64,000 bases of DNA from Vicinamibacterales bacterium (lineage in GTDB: Bacteria; Acidobacteriota; Vicinamibacteria; Vicinamibacterales; UBA2999): positions 12,586 to 76,585 of the forward strand of contig JBFWXO010000010.1 of NCBI GenBank assembly GCA_050187355.1, in the 5' to 3' direction. Both the position numbers and the translations under genes were made by a program. Of the stretch, positions 1-7,155 are shown piece by piece (the first letter of the stretch is position 1; each line of letters opens with the position of its first letter). Below the pieces are notes generated by a model, which was not told the DNA's origin, did not search any database, and saw nothing but the letters and a program-made list of their open reading frames with translations.

Positions 1-11
1 GGGACGGCAGC

Positions 12-1655
12 GTGAGGAGCAGCCCCACCCAGAGGGCGATGCACGCGGCGAGCACTGCGGCCGATCATACCCCGCGGCCTTCGACCCGCCGCGCCGCGGC
101 CGCGCCTCGCGACGCTGGTGTACTGTCTTGGCGGATGTCCTGGAGAGACGCCGCCGTGGGCGCGTTGCTGGCGGCGCCGCTGGCCGCGCTGTGCCTGGTC
201 CACGGCCACGCGGTGGGCTACTACGCCGCCCTCAACGACTTCTGGGGAAACGCCTTCGCGGCCAACACGTGGGCGCCGTCCGCGCACGCGCTCTGGAACG
301 GCTTCTATCCGCCCGGCTATCCCACGCTGCTCGCGTGGCTGCCGGGCAGCCGGCTCGTCGTGAGCGCCTACGCGGCCAACGTGGCGGCCGGCTGGGTGCT
401 GCTCGCCGTGGTCTTCGCCGGCGTCGCACGGCTGGGCGGCCGGTGGGCGGCCGCGGGCGCGCTCGGCCTCGTGGCGCTCCATCCCGACGTGGCGACGCAG
501 GTGCTGACGACGGGCGCCGACGCGCCGTTCGTGACCCTGGCCGTGACCGGCGCCCTGCTGCTCCATCGGGCGGCGACGTCCGGCTCGACGGGCGCCGCCG
601 TCGGCGCGGGGCTGTGCCTGGCCGCCGCCGGCTGGACGCGGTATCACGGCTTCGTCTTCGCGTTCGGCGCCCTCGCGGCGGGCCTGGCGGTGGGCGGCAG
701 GCGCGCGGTCCGTCCGCTGGCCATCGCCGCGTCGATCGTGGCCGCGGCGGGCGTTGGCCTGCTGCTGCTCGGCGCCGCGGCCGGCGACATGGGACGCCTG
801 CAGCGCGCACAGGCGTTCAACGTGTTCAAGGGACACGTCGGCGCCGTGAACTGGTACCACCTGGACCCGGGGACGCTGCCAGGCTCGGTCGGCGAGGCGA
901 TCGCGCGCGATCCGGCGGCCTTCCGGAGGAGCTATCTCGCCTATCTCCTGCCGCACGCCTGGCTCGCGGTGCTGCCGCTCGTGGCGGCGCTGGCGGCCCG
1001 CAGCCGGGAGGTCCGCAGCTTCGCGGTCTTCGCGGGCGTGACCGCCGCCGTGTTCGCGCCGCTCGTGGATCTGGGCGCGAGTCCCCGCGGCGTCGCCGCC
1101 GCCGTCCCCGTCGTGCTGGCCGCGGTCGCGCTCGTCGTGGGCGACCTGGTGCGTCGTGTACCGGCCGGCAGGCGCACGGCCGCCGCCGGCCTCGCGGCCG
1201 CCGCGCTCGCGGGATACGCCGCCGTGGCCTGGGTGCCCGCCACGCGGGGCTTCCTCGCGGACGTGCGGCAGCAGGCGGCCACCGCGCGTGCGCTCGACGC
1301 GCGGCTCACGGCCGATCGGGTCCGGATCGGCGTGCAGGTGTTCACGGACTTCGACTTCTATTTCCTGGACGCGCCAGGCTGGCAGGTGACGTCGTACCAT
1401 CCGCGCGCCATCGGCGGCTGGCCCAGCCTGGACCTGGCGGGCTACGCGGACACGTTCCCCGCGCCGTCCACCGCCAGCCTGGACCGGTTCCTCGACGACT
1501 GCCAGGCGATGGGCGTCACGCACCTGGTGCTGACGCCGAACGCCGCGGCCATCCAGCCCGATCTCGGACGGCTGGCGACGGGGGAGCGCACCAGTCCCCG
1601 GGTACTCGAGGTGGACGGCATCCCCGGCGTCCGGATCTTCCGCCTCGTCGGCTGA
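12..1655 (+). CDS. Polytopic membrane protein, possibly ArnT/PMT_2-like glycosyltransferase
   Basis: 547-aa ORF. The N-terminal ~400 aa are consecutive hydrophobic helices with a FYPPGYPTLLAWLPG-type loop, followed by a soluble C-terminal domain. The start codon is uncertain (GTG at 12 or an internal ATG). The family call rests on weak motif resemblance only. Confidence 0.4.
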   Translation: MRSSPTQRAMHAASTAADHTPRPSTRRAAAAPRDAGVLSWRMSWRDAAVGALLAAPLAALCLVHGHAVGYYAALNDFWGNAFAANTWAPSAHALWNGFYPPGYPTLLAWLPGSRLVVSAYAANVAAGWVLLAVVFAGVARLGGRWAAAGALGLVALHPDVATQVLTTGADAPFVTLAVTGALLLHRAATSGSTGAAVGAGLCLAAAGWTRYHGFVFAFGALAAGLAVGGRRAVRPLAIAASIVAAAGVGLLLLGAAAGDMGRLQRAQAFNVFKGHVGAVNWYHLDPGTLPGSVGEAIARDPAAFRRSYLAYLLPHAWLAVLPLVAALAARSREVRSFAVFAGVTAAVFAPLVDLGASPRGVAAAVPVVLAAVALVVGDLVRRVPAGRRTAAAGLAAAALAGYAAVAWVPATRGFLADVRQQAATARALDARLTADRVRIGVQVFTDFDFYFLDAPGWQVTSYHPRAIGGWPSLDLAGYADTFPAPSTASLDRFLDDCQAMGVTHLVLTPNAAAIQPDLGRLATGERTSPRVLEVDGIPGVRIFRLVG

Positions 1656-1665
1656 CCCGGAGCGG

Positions 1666-2799
1666 CTAGGCCGGGGTGGCCTGCGCGGCGGCGTGCAGCG
1701 CCCCCACGTAGCGGGACGACGGCCGGATGATGCGGTTCCCGCGGGTCTGCTCGAGCACGTGCGCCATCCAGCCCACGACGCGGCTCACGGCGAAGGTCGG
1801 GGGATAGAGGGCCGGCGGCAGGCCGATCTCGTGCAGCACGATCCCGGCGTAGAACTCGACGTTGGTCCGCAGCTTCCGCTCGGGATACTTCGTGTCGAGC
1901 AGGTCGAGCGCGATCCGCTCGACCTCGACGGCCAGGTCCACCATCTCGCCGCCCAGGGCGAGCGCCGTCGCCTTGAGCACGGCCGACCGCGGATCCTCGG
2001 TGCGGTAGACGCGATGGCCGAAGCCCATGATCCGCTGGCCCGAGGCGAGGCGGTGCTCCACCCACTCGCGGGCCTGGTCGCGCGTGCCGATCTCGCGCAG
2101 CATGTCCACGACGCGGCTCGGCGCCCCGCCGTGCAGCGGGCCCGAGAGCGCGCCGACGCCCGCGACCGCCGCGGCCGCGACGTCCGCGCCCGTGGAGGCC
2201 ACGACCCGGGCGGTGAACGTCGAGGCGTTGAAGCCGTGGTCGATCGTGAGGAGGAGATAGCGCTCCACGGCCCGCGCGGCCTCGTCGCTCGGCGGCGCGC
2301 CATGGATCATGCGCAGGTAGTCGGCCGCGAGTCCGAGTGACGGATCCGGGGCCACCGGGGGCTGCCCCTGGCGCACGCGCCACAGCGCGGCCACGAGCGT
2401 GGGCGTCATCGCGGCGAGGCGGAGCGCCTGATGCTCCCGTTCCCCGGGCGTCTCGTCCAGCCACGGCCGCAGGTCCTGGCCCGCGAGCGACAGCGCCGTC
2501 CTGAGCGCCGACATCGGCGGCCCGACCCTGGCGATGGCGGGCAGGGCGTCGAGGACGAACGCCGGCAGCGTCCGAAGGGCCGCGGTCTCCCGCCGGAACG
2601 CCGCCAGGGCGTCGGCATCCGGCAGCGTGCCGTGGTGCACGAGGTGCCACGCGGCCTCGAAGGGCCGGCTCAGGGCCAGCGCGGGGGCCGAGTAGCCGCG
2701 GTAGTGGTAGTAGCCTTCGTCGCCGCGGACGTCGCCGATCGACGTCTCCGCCGCGACGACGCCCTCGAGACCGGCCGGAGCGTCGATGAGGTGTGCCAT
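1666..2799 (-). CDS. Citrate synthase (short, dimeric type; could also be 2-methylcitrate synthase)
   Basis: 377 aa. Signature motifs seen: GPLHGGAPS, GFGHRVYRTEDPRS, NVEFYAGIV, and a WMAHVLEQ-like C-terminus. Confidence 0.92.
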   Translation of the reverse strand: MAHLIDAPAGLEGVVAAETSIGDVRGDEGYYHYRGYSAPALALSRPFEAAWHLVHHGTLPDADALAAFRRETAALRTLPAFVLDALPAIARVGPPMSALRTALSLAGQDLRPWLDETPGEREHQALRLAAMTPTLVAALWRVRQGQPPVAPDPSLGLAADYLRMIHGAPPSDEAARAVERYLLLTIDHGFNASTFTARVVASTGADVAAAAVAGVGALSGPLHGGAPSRVVDMLREIGTRDQAREWVEHRLASGQRIMGFGHRVYRTEDPRSAVLKATALALGGEMVDLAVEVERIALDLLDTKYPERKLRTNVEFYAGIVLHEIGLPPALYPPTFAVSRVVGWMAHVLEQTRGNRIIRPSSRYVGALHAAAQATPA

Positions 2800-2822
2800 G
2801 GCGGTATGATCCGGCCGTCAAT

Positions 2823-2852
2823 GAGATTGATCAATCTTGATTGGAGATCAAG
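2823..2852. promoter_or_regulatory. Putative operator cluster in the 56-bp divergent intergenic region
   Basis: Perfect palindrome TTGATCAA (2827-2834). Inverted repeat CTTGAT-N5-ATCAAG (2836-2852). GAGAT(T)GATCAA / GAGATCAAG half-site repetition. It lies between the two citrate-synthase-family genes and overlaps the GGAG RBS of the HTH-fused paralog. Confidence 0.4.
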
Positions 2853-2855
2853 CTG

Positions 2856-4052
2856 ATGACGAACCCGGCCCTGGTGCCCGCCCGCGAGGCCGCCGCCCGC
2901 CTCGGCGTGAAGCGCGCCACGCTCTACGCCTACGTCTCGCGCGGGCTGCTGACGCGGCACGCGCTGCCGGGCCGGCGCGGCAGCTGGTTCGATCCGGTGC
3001 AGCTCGACGGGCTGTCCACGCGGGCCCGCGAGCCGCAGGAACGCCGGCCGGATCTGCGCATCACCTCCGCCGTGACGCTCATCGATCGGGGGCGGTACTG
3101 GTATCGCGGCCAGTCGCCGGACGCGCTCGCGGCCACCCGTTCGTACGAGGCGGTGGCCGAGTTCCTGTGGTCCGGCCTGGACGACGGGGCGCCGCCGGCA
3201 TGGCCGCCCGTGGACCGCGCGGTGGAGCAGGCGCGGCAGGCCGTCGCGGTGCTGCCGTCCGGCGCGGCGCCCACCGATCGCCTGCGCGTCATCACCTCCG
3301 TGCTCGGCGCGTTCGATCCGCTGCGGCTCGATCTGCGTCCGGCCGGGGCGCTGGCCACGGCCCGACGGCTCGTGGCGTCGGTGGCGGCCGTGGTGGCGCG
3401 GCGGCGGGGCGGGTCGGTGGCCGCGCAGGTGGCGTCCTGGATCGGCGTGCCGCGCGGCCGGTCCGACGCGGTGGACGCCATCGACGACGTGCTGATCCTG
3501 CTGGCCGATCACGAGCTGGCCGCCTCGACGCTCGCCGTCCGCGTGGCGGCGTCGTTCGGCGCCGAGCCCTACGCGGCCGTGGGCGCCGGCCTGGGCGCCA
3601 TGTCCGGCACCCGCCACGGCGCCGCGAGCCGCCGCGTGGAGCAGGCGTTCGCGGCCATCGCCCGCGGCACCTCGCCCGCCGATGCCGTGGGGCCGCTGTT
3701 CCTGGATCCGGCCGCCGTGCCGGGATTCGGCCATCCGCTGTATCCCGATGGCGATCCGCGCGTGCCGTCGATCCTCGCGCTGGCGAAACGGGTGGGCGAC
3801 ACGCGGCCCGTGGAGCCGCTGCTCGAGACGATGCGCCTCCAGGGAGTCACGGGACCGAACACCGACTTCGCGCTGGCCGCCTTCACGTCGGCGCTGGGTC
3901 TGCCGCCCGGCGCCGGTGAGGCACTCTTCACGGCGGCGCGCCTGGCGGGCTGGCTGGCCCACGCGCAGGAGGAGTACGCGGCACGGTCCGACTTCCGGAT
4001 GCGCGCCGTCTACACGGGACCGCGGCCGCACGTGCAGGGGGATGCTTCATAG
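2856..4052 (+). CDS. Citrate synthase-family protein with N-terminal excisionase/MerR-like HTH domain
   Basis: ATG at 2856, preceded by GGAG at 2843-2846. The ORF track's TTG at 2841 is less likely. The N-terminus AARLGVKRATLYAYVSRGLL is a typical HTH_17-type helix-turn-helix. The remainder aligns to citrate synthase and keeps the catalytic-position residues (RHGAAS, GFGHPLYPDGDPRV, NTDFALAAF). Confidence 0.8.
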   Translation: MTNPALVPAREAAARLGVKRATLYAYVSRGLLTRHALPGRRGSWFDPVQLDGLSTRAREPQERRPDLRITSAVTLIDRGRYWYRGQSPDALAATRSYEAVAEFLWSGLDDGAPPAWPPVDRAVEQARQAVAVLPSGAAPTDRLRVITSVLGAFDPLRLDLRPAGALATARRLVASVAAVVARRRGGSVAAQVASWIGVPRGRSDAVDAIDDVLILLADHELAASTLAVRVAASFGAEPYAAVGAGLGAMSGTRHGAASRRVEQAFAAIARGTSPADAVGPLFLDPAAVPGFGHPLYPDGDPRVPSILALAKRVGDTRPVEPLLETMRLQGVTGPNTDFALAAFTSALGLPPGAGEALFTAARLAGWLAHAQEEYAARSDFRMRAVYTGPRPHVQGDAS

Positions 4053-4112
4053 CGGCTAGCGGCTAGCGGCTAGCGGCTAGCGGCTCGGGGCTTGGGGCTT
4101 GGGGCTCGGGGG
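4050..4112. repeat. Heptanucleotide tandem repeat (TAGCGGC x5 degenerating to TYGGGGC x4)
   Basis: Read directly: tagcggc x5, then tcggggc, ttggggc, ttggggc, tcggggg. The first unit contains the stop codon of the upstream gene. It sits in a convergent intergenic region. Confidence 0.9.
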
Positions 4113-4128
4113 CGGGATCCGCCGGGCG

Positions 4129-4911
4129 TCACTGCCCGCCCGCCACCTGCGGGCCGGAGGTCCGTGCCAGGTAGTAGAGGGTGCCGGGCACGGTGCCGTC
4201 TTCCACCAGCGCGAAGCCGGCGTCCGTGAGCTCGGTGCGCCAGCGCTCGGCGGCGGTCTGCGGGCCGAAGTAGCCGTGGTGCGCCAGGAACGGGAACACG
4301 CCGCGGATCCACCGGTCGTTGTTGATCACCAGGAGCAGGAACTCGCCGCCGGGCCGGATCACGCGGCGCATCTCGGCATAGGTGCGCTGGCGATCCGCGC
4401 GGTTCAGGTGATCGATGGCGAAGGCGCTCACGGCGCCGTCGAAGCTGGCCGCTTCGAAGGGCATCTCGCGCATGTCGCCGGTCGTGACGTCCAGCCGGTC
4501 CTCGGCGCCGGCCGCCCTGGCGTTGGCCCTGAGCCGCGCCTCGGTGTTGTCGCTGATGCCGTAGGTGGTGGCGAAGATGTCGAGCGCCGTGACGCGGGCC
4601 CGCGGCCGCGACAGGAGGACCATCAGCGTGGATCGGCCCGATCCGGCGCCGGCGTCGAGCACCGTCACGTCGCCGCCGGGCAGGAAGCGGTCGGTGGGCA
4701 GCGGAATGGGCACGCTGAACCCCATGACGGCGTTCACGACCACGGCGCTCGCGAACGCCCAGACGGCCAGCGCCCCGAGTCCGGCGCACCACCAGACGGC
4801 GCGAGTCCTCCAGGCCGCCCACGCCGCCAGGGCGAACACGGTGCCGGCCAGCGCGTGGCCGTAAGTCCACGGCCAGTCGTACCCGAAGTCGTAGCGGAAG
4901 AGGTCCATCAT
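4129..4911 (-). CDS. Class I SAM-dependent methyltransferase with N-terminal transmembrane helices
   Basis: VLDAGAGSGRST (motif I) and a Methyltransf_11-like core after two hydrophobic helices. The start ATG at 4911 overlaps the upstream stop as ATGA, which suggests translational coupling. Confidence 0.8.
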   Translation of the reverse strand: MMDLFRYDFGYDWPWTYGHALAGTVFALAAWAAWRTRAVWWCAGLGALAVWAFASAVVVNAVMGFSVPIPLPTDRFLPGGDVTVLDAGAGSGRSTLMVLLSRPRARVTALDIFATTYGISDNTEARLRANARAAGAEDRLDVTTGDMREMPFEAASFDGAVSAFAIDHLNRADRQRTYAEMRRVIRPGGEFLLLVINNDRWIRGVFPFLAHHGYFGPQTAAERWRTELTDAGFALVEDGTVPGTLYYLARTSGPQVAGGQ

Positions 4912-5129
4912 CGCGTCACCGTGCCGTTCCATTGAAAGACGTCGCCGAGCGGCACGTCGAAGACGGCCGCGATCTGGAAAGCCATCTCGAGCGACGGCGA
5001 GTACTTGCCCAGCTCGATGGCGTTCACGGTCTGCCGCGTCACGCCGATCCGATCGGCGAGCGCCTGCTGCGTCATCTCGCCGTGGGCGGCGCGCAGGTCG
5101 CGGATGCGGTTCGTGACGGCGTGGCCCAC
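4908..5129 (-). CDS. XRE-family (YozG-like) HTH transcriptional regulator
   Basis: NRIRDLRAAHGEMTQQALADRIGVTRQTVNAIELGKYSPSLEMAFQIAAVFDVPLGDVF is a canonical short Cro/C1 HTH. The GTG start at 5129 lies 1 nt after the upstream stop, so the longer ATG-5192 ORF is unlikely. Confidence 0.85.
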   Translation of the reverse strand: MGHAVTNRIRDLRAAHGEMTQQALADRIGVTRQTVNAIELGKYSPSLEMAFQIAAVFDVPLGDVFQWNGTVTR

Positions 5130-5130
5130 G

Positions 5131-5613
5131 TCAGGCCCCCCGCCGGAAGAGCACGATCTCGGTGCCGAACTTGACGAGCTCGGCAAGGACAATGGCGAAC
5201 AGGATCGCCTGCTGCATGATCCAGGCGCTCCGCGTGGCGTGAATCACGGCAGCGCTCAGGAGCGCGCCGAGGACGAGCACGGGGAAGGCCAGCCGCGTAG
5301 CGCGCATCTCGATGAGCCGCTCGCGCTCGTCGCGGGGCGAGCGCGCCTCCTTCGGCGCGCGGATGGCGATGACCGCGTGCAGGACGAGCTCGAGCACCAC
5401 GAACACGGCGAGCAGCGTGAAGGCCGTGGTGGTGCCCTCGCGGCGCCCCATCCGATCCGTCAGCGTCAGGTAGGAGTAGTAGAAGAACGGCGTGAACACC
5501 ACGAGAAGCGACAGGAAGGAAATCCACGCGCTCTTCTCGCGGAAGGACATCTCGTCGAGCATGTCAAAGATTCTAGACACGTCGGGCCTCCGGGTGTCAA
5601 GAAAATTGGACAC
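5131..5613 (-). CDS. Small 4-TM membrane protein (DUF2178/DUF2975-like partner of YozG-type regulators)
   Basis: 160 aa with four hydrophobic helices and an SPRDERERLIEMRA loop. It is the usual upstream partner of a short XRE regulator. Its GTG start codon (5613-5611) lies inside the IS left inverted repeat. Confidence 0.65.
   Translation of the reverse strand: MSNFLDTRRPDVSRIFDMLDEMSFREKSAWISFLSLLVVFTPFFYYSYLTLTDRMGRREGTTTAFTLLAVFVVLELVLHAVIAIRAPKEARSPRDERERLIEMRATRLAFPVLVLGALLSAAVIHATRSAWIMQQAILFAIVLAELVKFGTEIVLFRRGA
5600..5607. repeat. Target-site duplication (left copy), AGAAAATT
   Basis: Identical 8-mer at 8164-8171, immediately outside the two inverted repeats. Confidence 0.8.
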
Positions 5614-5630
5614 AATATACTTGGCTAACC
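5608..5630. repeat. IS left terminal inverted repeat
   Basis: GGACACAATATACTTGGCTAACC. It matches the reverse complement of 8141-8163 (GGACATAATATACTTGACTAACC) at 21 of 23 positions. Similarity continues weakly (CTAG) for ~7 more bp. Confidence 0.85.
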
Positions 5631-5704
5631 TCTAGATCTGGAAGCGTGGTAGGCTTCGCCGCCCTCTTCCGGAGCCGTTCGAGCGAGAACCGAATAGCCC
5701 GATA

Positions 5705-5718
5705 ATGCAATATTGCAT
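5705..5718. promoter_or_regulatory. Perfect 14-bp palindrome ATGCAATATTGCAT, putative TA operator
   Basis: It lies 22 nt upstream of the toxin ATG (5740) in an AT-rich stretch. This is the typical position for autoregulation by an HTH antitoxin. Confidence 0.5.
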
Positions 5719-5739
5719 ATTCGCTACGGGAACGCTAGG

Positions 5740-6168
5740 ATGCCGGGATGGCGGTTGCTTGAGTACGAAGACGAACGAGGGCGGCGCCTCTTCACGGACT
5801 GGTACGAGAACCAGCCTGCGGATGCTCGCGCCGTCTTCGAACCGGCTTGGAGCTTCTTGAGCGCGAAGCTTGATCCGGCCGACTGGCTCGCCTTCGGGGA
5901 TCGGTTCCTAGAGTGCAAGAAGCAGCATCTTGGGCTTCACGAGATCAAGTTCAAGTGCCCAAAGAATTTACGGATAGGGCGATTGGCTGATTGCCAGTAC
6001 CGGATTGCCGGGCACTGGCGTCCTCACGAGAGAGAGTTCGTTGCGCTACGCGGATGCTTTAAGGCTGGGCGACAAGACTACGAACCAGCGAACGCGTTTG
6101 ACGATGCGCTGAAACTTCGACGCAGACTGCTTGCTGGCAAGGGAGCAACACATGAGCGCAGATTCTGA
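5740..6168 (+). CDS. RelE/HigB-superfamily toxin, Gp49-like (DUF891-type)
   Basis: The pattern WRLLEYEDERGRRLFTDWY...GLHEIKF...YRIAGHW...EFVALRGCFKAGRQDYEP...A..LRRRL matches the Gp49/HigB-like killer-protein layout. The toxin-first gene order is typical of hig loci. ATG at 5740 is preferred over the TTG at 5713, which overlaps the palindrome. Confidence 0.6.
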   Translation: MPGWRLLEYEDERGRRLFTDWYENQPADARAVFEPAWSFLSAKLDPADWLAFGDRFLECKKQHLGLHEIKFKCPKNLRIGRLADCQYRIAGHWRPHEREFVALRGCFKAGRQDYEPANAFDDALKLRRRLLAGKGATHERRF

Positions 6169-6706
6169 CCTTTGGGAGCGTTGGGCGCAGAGCAAGGAGT
6201 TCCGCGATCAGTACGTTGAGTCTCACATGAGACAGTCGATTCCATTCCAGGTGCAGGAGATGCTGAAGGCGCATGGAATGACTCAGGCTCAGCTTGCCGA
6301 GGCCGGTGGCTTGAACCAAGCATCCGTGTCGAGAGCTGTCGATCCGGACTATGGCCGGATGACCCTGACCTCAATTGCGAGAATCGCCAACGGATTTGAT
6401 GTGGCGTTTCTGGGGCTCTTTGTGCCTTTCAGCAAGCTCGAAGAATGGACTAGATCGCTACCTGGGCAGGCTGTCGCGCCCGCCAAATTCTCTCAGGAAG
6501 ACCGACGTCGGCGGCCGGTGAAGAGAGAGTTTGTGGTGGTTTCCAGCAGCAACAGCCCTCGGGCTCAGGGGGCACTGAATTTTTCAGACCCACTACGTGC
6601 CGTGCCCAATCACATCGTCGAAGTCGAGGCGAGCGGATCGGTTGATTCGGACGAAGTACTGGGGACTAGCGACGACGTTGAAGTCGCCGTGGGGGCCGCA
6701 TCGTGA
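6152..6706 (+). CDS. XRE-family HTH antitoxin (HigA-like) with ~90-aa C-terminal extension
   Basis: ATG at 6152 with a GGGAG RBS (6141-6145). It overlaps the toxin 3' end by 17 nt. HTH: MTQAQLAEAGGLNQASVSRAV...LTSIARIANGFDV. The long non-HTH tail ends ...REFVVVSSS...LNFSDPL.... Confidence 0.7.
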   Translation: MSADSDLWERWAQSKEFRDQYVESHMRQSIPFQVQEMLKAHGMTQAQLAEAGGLNQASVSRAVDPDYGRMTLTSIARIANGFDVAFLGLFVPFSKLEEWTRSLPGQAVAPAKFSQEDRRRRPVKREFVVVSSSNSPRAQGALNFSDPLRAVPNHIVEVEASGSVDSDEVLGTSDDVEVAVGAAS

Positions 6707-7014
6707 AGAATCAGAAACTTGAGCGGCGGCAGGAGATTGATACCGCCGCGTCGTTCGTGTCCACCTACGCGAACAACGTTCTTCTGGCGATGTCCCCATG
6801 GGATTTCAGACTGACGTTTGGCGTGATCGTTGAGGGCACCAAGCGGCTGCTGCGGATCAAGAACGAGTGCGAGGTCTACATGTCTCCACAGCACGCCAAG
6901 GCGTTCCTAAGGCTCCTTGAGAGTCGAGTCGCTGACTACGAACGAAAGTTCGGCCCTATTCCCATGCCGCCGCAGCCTAAGGACGATGAGGCCGCTGAAG
7001 GGGACGCTTCGTAG
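6703..7014 (+). CDS. DUF3467-like small protein (third gene of the cassette)
   Basis: 103 aa. The GTG start overlaps the antitoxin stop (GTGA). The pattern YANNVLLAMSPWDFRLTFG...VYMSPQHAKAFLRLLESRVADYERKFGPI matches my recollection of the DUF3467 consensus. Confidence 0.55.
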   Translation: MKNQKLERRQEIDTAASFVSTYANNVLLAMSPWDFRLTFGVIVEGTKRLLRIKNECEVYMSPQHAKAFLRLLESRVADYERKFGPIPMPPQPKDDEAAEGDAS

Positions 7015-7155
7015 AAACAGGTTGTTGGTGGCTGCTCTTTGATGACGAGAGCACCCTTCGAAGACCCTCCGAGAACCGCTGGAACGCTCCCACTTCATCA
7101 TCTGCGGGAACGTCTACGGCCGCGTCTCTTGTAGGGTCTGGCTTTGGCTTCTCTC

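Noticed and set aside
2841-2855. TTG start at 2841 (ORF track) for the HTH-citrate-synthase gene, and TTG at 5713 for the toxin
   Set aside because: Downstream ATGs (2856 and 5740) have better-placed purine-rich RBS sequences. The TTG codons lie inside the palindromic putative operators.
4050-4112. Possible CRISPR array
   Set aside because: The repeat unit is only 7 bp and has no spacers. It is a microsatellite, not a CRISPR. No other regularly spaced repeats were noticed in the window.
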